This document shows, piece by piece, positions 23,053 through 38,000 of a stretch of 64,000 bases of DNA. Under the pieces are notes generated by a model. It was not told the DNA's origin, did not search any database, and saw only the letters and a list, made by a program, of their open reading frames with translations. The first letter of the stretch is position 1, and each line of letters opens with the position of its first letter. Made by a program: the position numbers and the translations under genes. Origin of the DNA: Perkinsus olseni (taxonomy: Eukaryota); the NCBI GenBank assembly GCA_013115125.1, contig JABANN010000117.1, forward strand, positions 1 through 64,000. The letters run 5' to 3'.

Positions 23053-26000
23053 ATGTCAACACCACCGTCAACGCCAGTAGCGGCGCCAAGTAGCCCTGCA
23101 GTGCCAGTGCAGGAAGTAGCGCGACGGCGATCGGGGAGTCGACGACCTTCATCTAGCGGATGGCGAAGCCACATAAACACCGAGCACATCCTCAATGACA
23201 CGTACCGTACCATCCCTTCCATCGCTCTAAGTCACTTTCACGCTGCTGCTCAGTTACAGAGTGCTGGGCCGCGACTCCGACCCGAACGAGAATGGCTCCG
23301 AGGGACCGAACACTATCCTTCGCATCTTCAAGGTCTGAGGAGGTCGTTGTCGTGGATTCCGTCGCGAGGGCGATCGTCTTCAGGCCAGCTGCATCTTCAT
23401 GGCGAGGGAGCTGTCAGCAGGCCACAGTGTGGCCCTGACTCCGTCGCAAACGCTGGTCCTCGGCTCCGATGGGGCTTCCAGTCGTCCAAAGCCCATCCTC
23501 TGGATCAGCGAAGAGGCGCTGCGAAATTCGCGTTTGAAGCTGGGCAGCGGCGTCCGAGCTGAGCCACCCAAGGGGCCTCACAAAGGGATAAACAAACATG
23601 CAGTTGATGGGATCGCTGCCCTTGGGGAGATCGACCTGGTAGGCGGCGGCTTGGATCCGTTGCAAAGCCTGAGAACTGGCAGCTGGGCGCAGTCTGTAAA
23701 GTCTCGGTTGATGGGCTCCTTTACTGCTTTCAAGAACCTTTGCTGATTGAGTATGATGCACCTTGTAACACGCGTTCCTCCTGACCGCCTAGGAAAGTTC
23801 CTGACGCCCTACCACCATTGGCTTTCCTGAACATGCCAGCTGCTGCACTGATCTTGGTGACCTTTAGCACGGCATGGCGGGGTCTTCCTGTCAGGTTACG
23901 AAATTCATAACCACCTTTTTCGGTAAGGCTTCCGAGTACATATGTACGGCAGTCCAGAAGGGCCATTCAGTGAATATCGACTTCAACCCGGTCGGCCGGC
24001 TTGCTATAGGTCGGTGCGTGGTAAGTCGCTTCTCGGTATACGACAACTCGCCCAGATACCACTACTGGCCTGGTGTCCTTCCAAGGCATCGAGCATGACT
24101 TCGCCAATGTGACCGTTCAGGAGGCTGCGGATCCACTAGGAGACAGGTCAGGCGTCCCCTTACTCCCCATAACCCCGGTCCACGCCTCCTGGACGGCGTG
24201 TGCCTGCCGCTGCGTCCTTCAGGCTTGCTGCCCACGCTTTCATGCATGCATAGTATTCTAGGTTCAGATTAGCGGAATCCCCTTCACGTCAGCGGGGAAT
24301 CGACATCCGTAGTCTCCACAAGGAGAAGCTAACAATACGTCACCTGGTCGAGGAGAAGGCCCGTCGCCTGGCCCAGAAGCTAGAGGACCAGCAGCAGCCC
24401 TCTCGAGGCCTCAACGCCAGCATGTCGGTCCCTGGCTTATCTCTTGAGAGTGGCGGAGAGAAGAAGTTGGGCGCACTTGGTGGGATACTCGCGGTCTGCG
24501 CGCCTTCAGTGTCCTCCACCGCAGTTGTCGGTCGGGGCCAGCTGCCAAGGGCCATGCGGTCGCTGCTGCTCACTACTCCAGCTACCGTCGGAGGCCGAGA
24601 ACGGAAGGCCCCGCCTGGAGTCGCTGAGATGCCACCGCTGTTGGACGTTTTCTCGAGGACACCGGCCGCCTCGTAAGGGCAGGGGCGGATCACTTCGACC
24701 TCACAGCGACAAATATTCCTGTTGCAATATCGTACTTCGGAGCGCATCCAAGGTTGACCCTCGTCAGATTCAAGGACAGCTTGGTCCGTCCCTCCTTGGT
24801 AGCTGAGATAGGCTCCTATCATGCTCCCCCCTGGAGCAGGCTACTCGAAATGGATACTCGGCCGGGGAAGGCTGGCTTGACGTAGGTCGTCTCATGGGGA
24901 TTCTTCGCCCGATGAGAGTATCTTTCCAGGTGGGCCCGGCACAAGGCTGAGGCATGGCAAGCGATGGAGGTGGAACTGTCGATGAAAGAGCGACTACAGC
25001 GGAGACTCTGGAACACCCTGGTCCCTCCGCCTCTGCCCGAACATCTGCAAGAGAGCTCTCGGTCGTTAAGGCCTGTCGGCTCTGGCTCCCGCCTCGAGAA
25101 AACGCTGTGCAAGTGGCTAATAGACGGGCCTATGTTCAGGAACATCCTCAGCAGGTGGTCCGGTGTCCCCTCTAGTCGATCGCCACGCTCGATGACTCAG
25201 ATACAACTACTACGTCGAGACCTCCTCTAGGAGCTCCGGCGTGCCCTTGGACGATCTGTGCCCAATAGAAGGCGAAGTACTTATTCGAGTCCAGGCGAAG
25301 ATGGCCGGCCAGATGCAGTTGTGGCCAGACGTCGATTACAAGAGCCGCATGCGCGGGATGGAGCAAGAGGTGAGCCTAGGGCCCGCTTCGCTATTGTTCT
25401 GTCGCCCGCCGCAGGTCCTCAACGGCTACATCGCGGCACTGAGGAAGGCTATAGTGGACTACAATCTTCGCTACATCTTCCAGAGGAGAAGGCTGGATAT
25501 ACCCCTCACTCCATCGCTACTGCCGCCGCCCTTCGGCGCCAATGCCTTCCTGGTCTTGCCGTGCCCCTCGGTGTCTTCAGCCATGCTGCTGTGGCTTTCA
25601 GGTCGGTGATATCATGACCTTCGGAGGGCCTCCAACCGAGCATTGGCGACGCTTAGTGGCTCATTCGCGGGCCTCCCTGAGTGATGGGAAGTACGCCGCC
25701 CCCACCTTCCTCTGCACTCAGCTGACCAGGCAGTGGTCAGAGGGGGACTACGATGAAGTGAGTATCTCGGGCAGCGAGAAATCCTCGGGTCGACCTCGGA
25801 GTGGTCCAGATAAGCTTGTTCGGCCTAGGGGAGCAGAAGGAGCTGATCGACATTGAGCGAGCGCAGCTGATCCAATTGCAGTAGCCTTTCCTCCAGTCGG
25901 TTCATCATTAACCAGCTGTTGTCGAGGTACCTTGAGGGTAAGGTGAAGTACTTGACGGAAGAGTGGCATACTAAGGCGCTGGAGCTAGTCAGTCAAGAGC

Positions 26001-29000
26001 CGACCCTGCTGGCCGAGGCCTCTGGGGAGGAGCCTCAGCCTGACGGAGTGCCCTCGCCGTCCTCGGGAGCAGGTGAACCCTTCCGGAGTTGTTGCCTATC
26101 ACAGTTCCATGCAGGATCTCCGAAATCGTCTGCGGCCGCGGCATTCGCAGGAACTGGGGCGATGGACGGAGCCGCCGATTGGCCGACTTGCAATCCGGAC
26201 TGTTTGATAGAGGCGTCCACTCACCTCATGAGCCTCATGGTAGCCTCGTCATTACACGAATCGCCCTCCTCTTCCTCACGTCGGAGACTCTGGTCGGATA
26301 TGTTTGCTATTTCCGTCTAGATACGCTCTGTTGTTGAGCGCAGCTGCGAGAAGTTTATCGCGAACTTCGAAGGTTTTTGCCCTCAAAGCACCAAGCCACT
26401 GGGGTAGGACCGCCATGGACGTATCTTTATTGACAGGCCTTCATGGCGGAGTCTTTCGCATGCCCTGCTTTCCCTCGCTTTCCTCCTAGGTATCCTGAGG
26501 TCGCTCAGCTCCCTCTTGGAACAGCGGACGAGCCTCAAGCTCTGCTGCTCAACACGCTAGTCGTTGACGGAAATACTGTGAAGTTGAAATACTCACCAGA
26601 CTACTGCCATGTGAGCATGCCGGCTGATGGCTAATGCAGCTTCTCAACGACCTCAGGAGCGCCTGACGAGACTGTACAAGGACATCGTCATCTCGATGAA
26701 CGGCCTGAAGGGGCCTGCGTCCGTCTTGCCCTCGGAGGAGCCAGGCCACCATCGCACGGCACTTTATGAAGTCAGTCAATTTCCTGTAAACCCGTTTCTC
26801 TCGCCCATTGTATATCGCTTAGGTTACTGTTGGCGAGGGACATATCTCTTCCCTACTGAAGAGGCTCGAGGGTGTCGTTACACTCTGCCTCCATGCAGCG
26901 GGGACGGTGTCGGACATGTGAGCATCAACTCTCAGCCGCTCGAAACGTTGATTTCCGAATATCTTTGTTTCAGGTATGAACCCCATCTGGCCTTGCTGAC
27001 CGAGGTCGAGAGGGCCCGAGAGATGGCTTCGCGAATCGCAGAGATACCAGATCTGCTGACCAAGGGAGAGGAGCCGTCAGCCTCCACGGTGGAAGCTGAC
27101 GCCATCATCGAGTGAGCCTCCAGTAGCGCTGCAGCCTCCATTGGCTGAGTAAGGTACGTACGGAAGTTACGAGAGGCCAAGCGAAGAGTACTTGACGACT
27201 GCCGATCGTTGCTGCGGACGGCGATGATGGCTACCGACTGCTCGGAGGTGAACATCCCCTCGGCACAAGTCCTGGCGGTAGTATTTTTCCTAGGTCAACG
27301 AGACCCTCTGCAAACGCTGTGCAGACTGCATTGACATAGTCACCGCAGCGCTAAACGATCGGGTTCGAGACCGAAGCCAGAAGTTCACTGCGAGCGTGGC
27401 GGCGCTCGAGGCCCGGTTCCAGGAGGTGCCGGAGTCCGAGCAGGCCCTAGTGGACCTAGAAAAGGAGCTAGACGACTTCTATGAGAAGGGACAGGACGTC
27501 TACGAAGACGAGTACAGTGAGATACGCCGGTGGCTCGACGTCCTCTTCGAGTGCGACTTTGCCGTGCCGACCGACACTCTGGAGGCGATTCATGAGGCTA
27601 GCAATCGCTTGGGCGCCATCTCGGACCTCGTACCGGACCGTATCGAGGAAGTAGAGTTCACCAGGGATGACATTGAGCAGGCCCTGGGCGAACGAAGGGA
27701 CAAGGTCGTGGCCGAGCTGGAGACGTTCAAGGCGGTCATTCAACGATTTGCTGACTATGGCGACGTCCATGCAGCTGATGAGAACTGCGAGCGCCTTGAA
27801 AATCTGAAGGCCAAGATGGCCAGGTACACCAGTCTGCAGGAGGAGATCAACTCCTTGGAGGGCCTACTGAAGATGGACGTGACGGAGTTCGGTGTCCTCG
27901 AGGAGTGCCAGGCCGAGCTGGACGTCTATGATAAGCTGTGGAGCCTTGTAAAGGACTACGGCCTAAAGGAGCATCTATGGTATAAACGGGGGATGTTCCA
28001 ACTGGATGCCGAGGCTGTCGAGTCGGAGACCATGACCATGTGGAGGAGCGCCTACAAGCTGCAAGCCACGTTCGAGCAGGACGGCAGAGAGGCTCCGATG
28101 AAGGTACGTTCGTCGGCCTTTCATTTCGCAGCATCGCCAGATCGTAGACCGAACTCGACGGAGTGTCAGATTCTCTTATCTCAGGCGGCTTCGTTCGTGA
28201 AGAAGGGCTTGGATGAGGTGAAGAAACACTTGCCTCTACTACAAGCTCTCTGTAACCCCGGCCTGCGAGGCAGACACTGGGCTGAGATTTCCTCGGTCGT
28301 TGGCTTCACCATAGCAAGGGACAAAACAACTACACTGCAGAAGATGCTCGATATGGACATGGGCAACTACGTCAAGGACCTAGCCGACGTCAGTGACAGG
28401 GCCTCCCAGGAATATCAGATTGAACGCTCACTGGAGTCGCAGCAAGCTGAGTGGCAGCCGGCCACCTGCGACTTCAAACCGTGGAAGGAGACAGGCACCT
28501 TCATTCTTTCCGGTGCCACGGTAGATGAGGTCCAGGGATTGATCGACGATCACATCATCAAGACGCAGACCATGAAAGGCAGCCCGTCAGCACAGCCCTT
28601 CGCGGAGGGGATCGCCGAGTGGGAAGAGTTCTTGATGCAAGCAACTAGCGTTATCGAGGTCTGGACTAAAGTCCAAGGCGTGTGGCTTTACTTAGAGCCC
28701 ATCTTTGGCTCAGAAGATATCATGCGCCAGATACCGACCGAAGGCGCTCTCTTCAAGGACGTCGACGTGCGGTGGAGAGAAATCATGGAGCAGTCGAAGG
28801 AGTCTCCAGCGGCACTGGAGGTGTTCAAGCAGGAGGGCATGTTGGCTACGTTGGAGAAGTCACAAGAGCAGCTGGAACGGGTCCAGAAGGGCCTTAATGA
28901 CTACCTTGAGTCGAAGAGGCTCAAGTTCCCGAGATTCTTCTTCCTCTCTAACGACGAGCTACTGGAGATTCTATCAGAAACGAAAGATCCGGTCAGAGTG

Positions 29001-32000
29001 CAGCCTCATCTGCGTAAAGCCTTCGAAGGTATCCAGTCCCTTGAGTTCGAGGAAGACAAGAAAATCACAGCCATGCTGTCCGTCGAGAAGGAGCGCATTG
29101 GCCTGACACGCGTTGTCGATCCTATGCTGGCGCGTGGCAACGTCGAGGAATGGCTGGTGCAGTTGGAAATGATGATGCTTGAAACAATCCGATCAGTCAT
29201 CTTTGACTCTATCGCCGACTACCCGACGAAGTCCTATGCTGAGTGGCTCGCCTTGTGGCCGGGCCAGGTGGTCATAGCAGTCGGTAACATCTTCTGGACC
29301 AGCGAGGTCATGGAGGCCTTGAGCTCCGAGGGCAACGCTGGCCTCGGCAAGTATCATCAGCAGATGGACGGCCTACTACAAGACATAGTCTCCCTGGTTC
29401 GAGGCGACATCCCTCCTCTCGTCCGATGCACGTTAGAGGCCCTTGTCGTCATTTTTGTCCACAACAAGGACACTGTACAGGAGCTTCACGCCAAGGGGCT
29501 GTCGTCGGTGGACGACTTCGATTGGTTGGTACAGCTGCGCTACTTCGTCGAGAAGAATGCTGACAAGGAAGGTGACGTTGATGACGTCTTCGTGCGCATA
29601 TCCAACTCCCATCTTGGGTACGGTTATGAAGCTCTGGGCAACTCCTCTAGGCTCATCATCACTCCATTGACCGACAGGTGCTACCGTACCCTTTGTGGGG
29701 CGCTGCACCTCCAGTACGGTGGAGCCCCTGAGGGGCCTGCTGGTACCGGCAAGACGGAGACTGTTAAGGACCTCGCCAAGGCGTTGGCCAGGATGTGCGT
29801 GGTCTTTAACTGCTCTGATGGTCTCGACTATATAGCCATGGGCAAGTTCTTCAAAGGTCTCGCTGCAACGGGCGGCTGGTGCTGCTTTGACGAGTTCAAC
29901 CGCATAGACCTGGAGGTGCTCTCGGTCGTAGCTCAGCAGATCCTCACCATCCAAACCGCCATCAAAGCCCGACTGACTGAGTTCGAATTCGAAGGGTGCA
30001 TCCTCCCCATCAAGTGGACCTGCAACAGTTTCATCACCATGAACCCCGGATACGCCGGGCGATCAGATCTGCCTGACAACCTCAAGGCACTCTTCCGTAC
30101 CGTCGCCATGATGGTTCCCGACTATGCGATGATCGCTGAGATCAAACTCTATTCGTTCGGCTTTGAGGATTCTCGAAGCCTGGCTCGGAAGATCGTCACG
30201 ACTTACAAGTTATGCTCCGAACAGCTGTCTTCACAGAGCCACTACGACTACGGCATGCGTGCTGTTTTCTCGGTGCTGGTCGCAGCAGGCAACCTCAAGC
30301 GCAAGTATGGCACCGAGTCCGAGTCCGTTTTGATGCTTCGGGCGATCAACGACGTGAATCTCGCCAAGTTCCTCGCCTTCGACGTGCCTCTCTTCCGTGG
30401 TATCACCTCGGACTTGTTCCCCGGGGTGGTGCTGCCCCAGCCCGACTACACAGCCCTCATCAGCAAGCTTAAGATGCACTTCGAGAAAAATAACCTTCAG
30501 TGGATCGATTACCTCGTCGATAAGATCATACAGTTCTATGAGTGTCATATAGTCCGTCACTCTGTCATGTTGGTGGGGCTTCCCTTCAGCGGTAAGACTA
30601 CTGCGCTGAACATCCTCCAAGCAGCTCTCACCGACTTGGCCGAGAGCGGCGAAATGCACAAGGGCCAAATAGTACACCAGGCCCGACTCAATCCCAAGTC
30701 GATACCAGCAGGGTGTCTGTACGGCGACTTTGATGACGTTTCGCACGAATGGACCGACGGTATCGTGGCCGTGCTGTTCAGAAACTTCGCCAAAAATCAG
30801 ACGGACGAACGCAAGTGGCTCGTGTTTGACGGCCCGGTCGATGCTGTGTGGATTGAAAACATGAACACCGTTATGGACGAGAACAAGAAGCTATGCTTAA
30901 ACTCCGGAGAAATCATCGCCATGAGCTCGAACATGCGGACAATCTTTGAGCCAATGGATGTCGAAGTGGCCTCCCCGGCGACCATCTCTCGAAACGGCAT
31001 GGTCTATTTCGAACCGCATATTCTAGGCTACGAACATCTCATTAAGAAGTCCTTCAAGGAAGACCTCCCTTCGACGTTTGGGAGTGAACAAATTGATGAG
31101 GCTGATGGAATGCAGAAGTGGCTGTTGCCGCCATTACTTCGCACGCTCAAGCGTGAGTGCTCGGAGGTCAGCCCCTCGCAAGAGCAAAATTGCGTCCAGT
31201 CTTATTTGGTGAGTTCGCCGAAAGTGGTTGCTGTCATGTTGCCACTAGGCGCCTCTTAGAAACTCTTCTCGACACTTCTCAAGCCTCTTCACGATGTTCA
31301 AGTGTACGAAGAGAAAGGTGCCTCAACCGTGGCAAAAATCATCGACTGCCTTACGGTTTTCTCTATCATCTGGAGCCTTGGAGCAGCATGTAAGAAAGCC
31401 ATCCCTCCCGCATTTAGTAGCCGTCCAGCGAGCTTTCCCGGTAGCGTACGACTAATTCGAATGAGCTTTTCGGTGTCACTGAATGTTATGAGGGCTGCCA
31501 TTTGCGACGGATCGCGATCGGTGCTTTTGCAGGTACGACAGAAAGTCGGAAGATATTCGACGCCAAATTACGAAGCCTCCTCAAGCATGAGGTTGAGGAC
31601 TCCGAGCACTTCAAGAGGGTCGAGCCAGCCCTACCCGACCGTGGTTCGGTATATGATTACTTCTTCGACGTCCAACAGTGCAAATGGCTACCCTGGGCCG
31701 ACACGGTTACCGCGGAGCAACAGTTCCCAGCCGGAGCCTCCCCAGAGAGCATCATCGTGCGCACGCTAGATAATATAAGATACTCCTTCATAGCCAATCA
31801 CTGCATTGATAACAGAATTCCTTTGCTATTCTGCGGTCCCACTGGAACTGGGAAAACCGCTTATATGCAAGGGGCAATACTCTCAAGAGATAAGGCGACA
31901 ACCGTACCGATCTTCCTCGGCTTCTCAGCGCAGACACAGTGTGCACAGACGCAAGATCAGGTCGATGTTAAGCTTGACAGGCGCCGAAAGGATACCTACG

Positions 32001-35000
32001 GCCCGCCCACAGGCAAGCTCTGTGTTGTGATGGTTGATGATCTGAATATGCCTGCTAAGGAGGCATACGGAGCGCAGCCTCCTATTGAAATTCTCAGACA
32101 GCTGGTTGACCAAGGAGGATGGTTCGACCGGAAGGACAGCACTCACCCGTTCAGGAACATCATAGACACGCTGGTGGTTACGGCCATGGGACCACCTGGA
32201 GGCGGCCGCACCTTCATCACACCACGAATGACGCAGTTGATGCTGCTCACGGGTTTTGCCTTGCTAGATGATGACAACATGACTCGAATCTTCACGACCA
32301 TTCTTGACTGGAGATTCCAGTCTCAGAACTATCCTGCTGACGTGAAGGGCCTCTCGGAGAAGCTCGTCAGTGCGACCCTGCAGGTTTACAAGGCAGTTGC
32401 CAGCGAGCTCTTGCCGACGCCTCTCAAGGTCCACTACACATTCAATCTTCGAGATTTTGCGAAGGCCATGTTCGGAGTTCTGCTTCTGCCGAAAGACCAG
32501 TGCGATGGGGCCAACAGGCACGTTCGCCTGTGGGTTCATGAAGTCTTCCGGGTCTTTGGCGACCGTTTGGTGGACGACAAGGACAGAGTGTGGCTCCTCG
32601 AGCAGATGAGGGACGTGACGAGAAGTCATCTTGGCGTAGGGTTTGACGACGTTATGAAGCACCTAGACTCCAACAGCGACGGCAAAGTGGATACCTTAGA
32701 CGAAGTCCGCCTTCTCTTTTTCGGCGACCTCATGTCCGCTCCGGCGGCGCCCAAGCGCCCATACACGGAGTGCCCTGATTTCGGCAGCCTTGCCAACCAA
32801 GTGACGAGCCATCTTGAACAATACAACTTGATGAGCACCTCGCCCCTCAACCTCGTGTTGTTTTTGTACTGCATAGAGCATCTTTCGAGGGTGGCTAGGG
32901 TTCTCAAGCAGCCCGGCGGCCACTCATTGATGGTGGGCGTAGGAGGCTCTGGGAGGCAGAGCGTTACGAAGCTGGCGGCCTTCATGGCAGATTACACCAT
33001 CTTCCAGATTGAGATTGCAAAGGGCTATGACAAGCTGGCTTGGCGTGACGACTTGAAAAAGCTCCTGACGGCCGCCGGAGGACGGGCGGACCCGATGGTC
33101 TTCCTGTTCACGGATACTCAGATAAAAGACGAGAGTTTTGTGGAAGACATTAACAACATGCTCAACACTGGCGAAGTTCCCAACCTCTTTGCCGCTGATG
33201 AGAAAATGCAGTGCTGCGAGGCCGTGAGGAACTACGCCAAGGCAGAAGGGAAGGCCGCTGACGGGACGCCCACATCGCTCTTCGCCTACTTTCTAGAGAG
33301 AGTTCGGGCCCTCCTTCACATTGTTCTGTGCTTCTCTCCCATTGGTAACGGCTGGAGGTCTAGACTGCGCCAGTTTCCCAGCCTGGTCAACTGCACCACC
33401 ATCGATTGGTTCAGCGAGTGGCCATCGGACGCCCTTCTCTCCGTCGCCGAGCAGTTCCTTGAGTCCGTCCCGATGGCGGAAGCGACTCGGGCCTCGTGTG
33501 TCGAGATGTGCCAGCTGTTCCACGTAGAAAGCACTAAGTTGGCGACGAGATTCAAACTGGAGCTCCGTCGACACTACTACGCTACTCCCACTAGTTACCT
33601 TGAACTCATCAACACGTTCAAGACCCTGCTCGATGAGAAGCGTGGGGAAGTCAGTGCGAAGAGAGATCGCTACCTTGTCGGTCTAGAGAAGCTTGCCAAC
33701 ACGGAGCAGTCCGTGGCCGGCATGCAGAAGGAGCTCACCGACTTGCAGCCTCAGCTGGTCGCTAAGAATAAGGAAGTCGAGGAGATGATGGGTGTTGTTA
33801 ATGCAGAGTCGGACAAGACAAACGCGGTGAAGGAGGTGGTCTCGGGCGAGGAGGCGATAGCCTCACAGGCCGCTGACAGAGCCAACGCCATCAAGACGGA
33901 CTGTGAGAAGGAACTGGGCGAAGCCATGCCGGAACTCAATGAGGCACTGGGAGCCCTTGACACTCTCACAGGAAAGGACATAGCTGAGATTAAGGCCATG
34001 ACCAACCCTCCTGAACCAGTTCGCTTGGTCCTCACTGCTGTGTGTATCATGAAGGGCATCGGGGCGGTGAAAGTTCAAGATAAGGAGACCGGTAAGAAGG
34101 TGGACGACTACTGGCCCAATGCCAAGAAGATGGTGAGCGAGATGGGGTTCTTACAGAGCCTCAAGGATTACGACAAAGACAGTATTCCTCCAGCTGTCAT
34201 CAACAAGATCAAAGATTACACAGTCAAGGATGACTTCCAGCCCAGTAGAGTGGCCAAGGTCTCCAAGGCTGCCTACGGGATCTGCTGTTGGGTCCGGGCC
34301 ATGGAGACCTACGACAGAGTGGCGAAGATTGTTGCTCCGAAGCGGGAGGCTCTCGCTGCCGCCGAGGCCGAGTACGCTACGGTGATGGTCGGGCTGAAGA
34401 AGAAGCAAGCCGAGCTGCAGGAGGTCCTGGACAAGCTGCAGGCCCTCAACGACAAGCTCAGCGCGCTGGAGACGGAGCAGTTCAACTTGAAGAACCAAGT
34501 CGAGGACTGCAGCCGGAAGTTGGAGAGGGCGGAGCAGCTGATAACCTCTCTCGGCGGCGAGAAGACGCGTTGGACAGCGATGGCCGAGCAGCTCGGCGTG
34601 GACTACGAGAACCTGACCGGTGACGTTATTTTGGCGTCGGGCGTCATCGCCTACCTTGGCGCGTTCACTCCGGAATTCCGACGGGACGCGGTGACCGCTT
34701 GGAGCTCCATCAGCCAGAGCAAGGAGATTCCCGGCTCGGCTCAGTTCGCTCTGGAGAAGTGTCTCGGGGAGCCGGTGAAGATCAGAAGCTGGACCATCGC
34801 GGGCCTTCCTAATGACGCCTTCAGTATCGAGAATGGTATCATCGTGGACAAGGCCAGGCGATGGCCGTTGTGTATCGATCCGCAGGGCCAGGCTAACAAG
34901 TGGATAAAAAACACAGAGAAGGACCACAACTTGGTCACTTGCAAATTCACTGATGGCGATTATCTCAGAAGGCTCGAAGGATGTAGGAACTCCTCCGTCC

Positions 35001-38000
35001 ACCTCCTTGCTCTCATCGCTCCCTGTAGGTATCCAGTTTGGGTATCCTTTCTTGATCGAGAACGTGCTGGAGGACATGGACCCTGCCATCGAGCCTCTGC
35101 TCCTCAAGCAGACCTTCACCAAGGGTGGCATGACCATGATGAAATTAGGAGACGCGACTATTGAGTATAACAAGAAGTTCAGGTACCCATCTGCAGCGCT
35201 TTCTGCCGTAACGCTAACAGCGGAGAACGCAGCTTCCTCATTTCGAACCACATCACATAGTCCCTGAGTCTCCCTTCTCCCGTCGATGGCGCGGAGTTCC
35301 GAACCCTCACCCTTCCTCTCACAGCGCGTCGTTTCATACACAGCGACCGTGCCCTCGTGCAGGTTGTACCTCACATCGAAGCTGCGGAATCCGCACTACC
35401 TCCCCGAAGTGTCGGTGAAGGTCACACTACTGAACTTCATGATCACCCCTGTTGGGTTGGAGGACCAGCTGCTCAACCTGGTGAGGCTGGCCGGCACTAC
35501 TTTGGGCTCGCCAGCGAGGTCTCCAGGTCGTATCTATGGAGAAGCCTGACTTAGCCGCTGAGAAGGCGAGAGTCATCTTGGAGGGTGCGGAGAACAAGAA
35601 GCAACTAGAGGAGATTGAAGACAAGATTCTGAAGGTGGGATGACGACCTCGGCCATCACAAAATGGAAGATTCTTATGGCTCCGAGCATCAGGTCCTGAG
35701 CAGCAGCCAAGGGAACATCCTTGAGGACGAAACGGCCATACAAGTTCTTAGCGCTTCGAAGGTTAGCCCTCTGCTGCCTTACGGAGGTGAAGATGATATC
35801 GCATGACAGGTCCTCTCGAACGAAATTGCGGAGAAGCAAAGCGAAGCGGAGCAGACCGAAATAAGGATCGACAAGGCCAGAAACTGCTATGTTCCCGTCG
35901 CCGAACAGGTATGCCTGAGGACCTACTAGGGAACAACTAGTGGAGCCCAGACTAGGTTTGCCTTCATGAAGGGAGCCTATCGCCAATCTTCTCTCAGGCG
36001 TCCATCCTCTTTTTCTGCATAGCAGACCTGGCCCAGATCGACCCCATGTACCAGTACAGTCTCCCCTTCTTCGTCTCGCTTTACGTGAGTCTCCAGCTTC
36101 CGTTGCTGCTAGTGCCCTTCCAACCCTCCCCAACCCCTCAGGAGATGTGCATTCGGAAGGCGCCAGAAGCTCATCACTTGCCGGACCGCATAGAGATCCT
36201 CAACAGCTTCTTTATGCAGAGTCTTTACAACAACATATGCCGATCTCTCTTCGAGAAGCACAAGTTGCTTATGTCCTTCCAAGTCGGCCATCCTGAAGTC
36301 GGCGAACGCATCATCCCTTCGTCATTCAGTTGTGCTGCTCGCTGAAGGAGGCTAGAGACGAGCTGCCAGTTCGAGACTACAGGTTTCTGCTCACAGGCGG
36401 TGTCAGCATGGAGGACCCACCACCGAAGGCCGCTCAGTAGAGGCTGGAACAATAACACAAGTGCGGTTAATGGGCCTTCTTCAGGTGGATACCGGATCGA
36501 TGCTGGGGTGAACTGTTCAAGATGAGCCGTCTCGGAGAGCCCTACACTAACGTAGTGGAAGACTTCGCCAAGGACCAGGATCTGTACGTAGGCCACGGGG
36601 CTTGCCACAGGCCGCAGACTTCGAACCGAACGCCTCCGCGTCTCTGGCAGGTGGAAGTCGGCGTACGACCATAGCGATCCATTGGCACGAGTTATGGAGC
36701 TTGGTGCCTCCCTCACGGCGATCGAAGGCTTTTCGGAATTCCAGCTCTTGATGGTGAGCCGGCTCCTCGTAATGTCACCCTCGCACCCGATCACAGGTTC
36801 TAAGATGCCTCCGGCCGGACAAGCTGGTGCCCGCCATAATGGGGTTCGTCGCCAACAACCTCGGTAGGTCCAGCCTGCTGCCCTGCTGCTGTTCTCAAGA
36901 GTCGCCTCTCAGGTGGATCCTTCATCACACCGCCGCCCTTCGACCTCGCAAGCAGCTATGCCGATTCATCCAACCTCACGCCTCTCATCTTCGTAACGCC
37001 GTCCATGCCAATCAGCAGCCGCCACTGCCGTCTCGCCAGGTGCTCTCGCCCGGCTCCGACCCGTTCGCTGCTCTGTCCAAGTTCGCTTCGGACCAGAACA
37101 TGGAGTTCAAGTCGATCTCTCTCGGCCAAGGACAGGTAAGAACTACGCCTGTCACATCACCTCCACCAACTCCGGTCGCTGTCAGGGTCCCCGAGCGGAG
37201 CAGATGATCGATGCCGGCATGCGAGAAGGTGAGGTCACTTCGGACCCTCAACGCCCTGCATTCCATCCTCAGGCTCCTGGGTGGTGCTGCAGAACTGCCA
37301 CCTCTGTACGTCGTGGATGCCGAAGCTCGAGCGGAAACTGGAGACGATGGACCCTAAAAATACCCACCGGAACTACAGGTTCGCTCCGCTGACGTTACAG
37401 TTAGTCGACACCCTGCCGCTCAGGTTGTGGCTGACCAGCTACCCCAGCCCGCAGTTCCCCGTGGCGATCCTCCAGAATGGCGTGAAGATGACGAATGAGC
37501 CTCCGAAGGGTCTCCGATCCAACCTCATGGGCTCCTTCCTTACAGACCCAATCTGCGACACGGAGTTCTTCGAGGAAAAATGTACGTTTCCTACACTCGA
37601 CTGTTCAGCGATGGTCACGACGTCAGGTGTCAAACCTTGGCACTTTAAGAAGCTGCTGTACTCGCTCTGCTTCTTCCACGCTGTGCTGCAGGAGCGCCGT
37701 CTGTTCGGCCCGCTTGGTTGGAACATCCCTTACGAGTTCACCGACTCTGACATGCGCATATCGGTAGGCTTGGTCCTGCGAAGCTTCGGCGAGTCTTCTC
37801 CGCGGTCAGGTCCTTCAGCTGCAGATGTTCATTAATGAGTATGCGGCCAGCGAGGTGCCATTCAAGGCCCTCAACTATCTCACCGGTGGGTGAATCTCGG
37901 TTTGAGGTATTCTCCGATCTGTCGGGCGATCTCAGGTGAATGCAATTATGGTGGGAGGGTGACGGATGACAAGGACCGTCGTCTCATCATGACACTACTT

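Noticed and set aside
34151-35374. 407-aa minus-strand ORF and other antisense ORFs over dynein and GH35
   Set aside because: Antisense shadows of GC3-rich coding sequence with no independent motifs.
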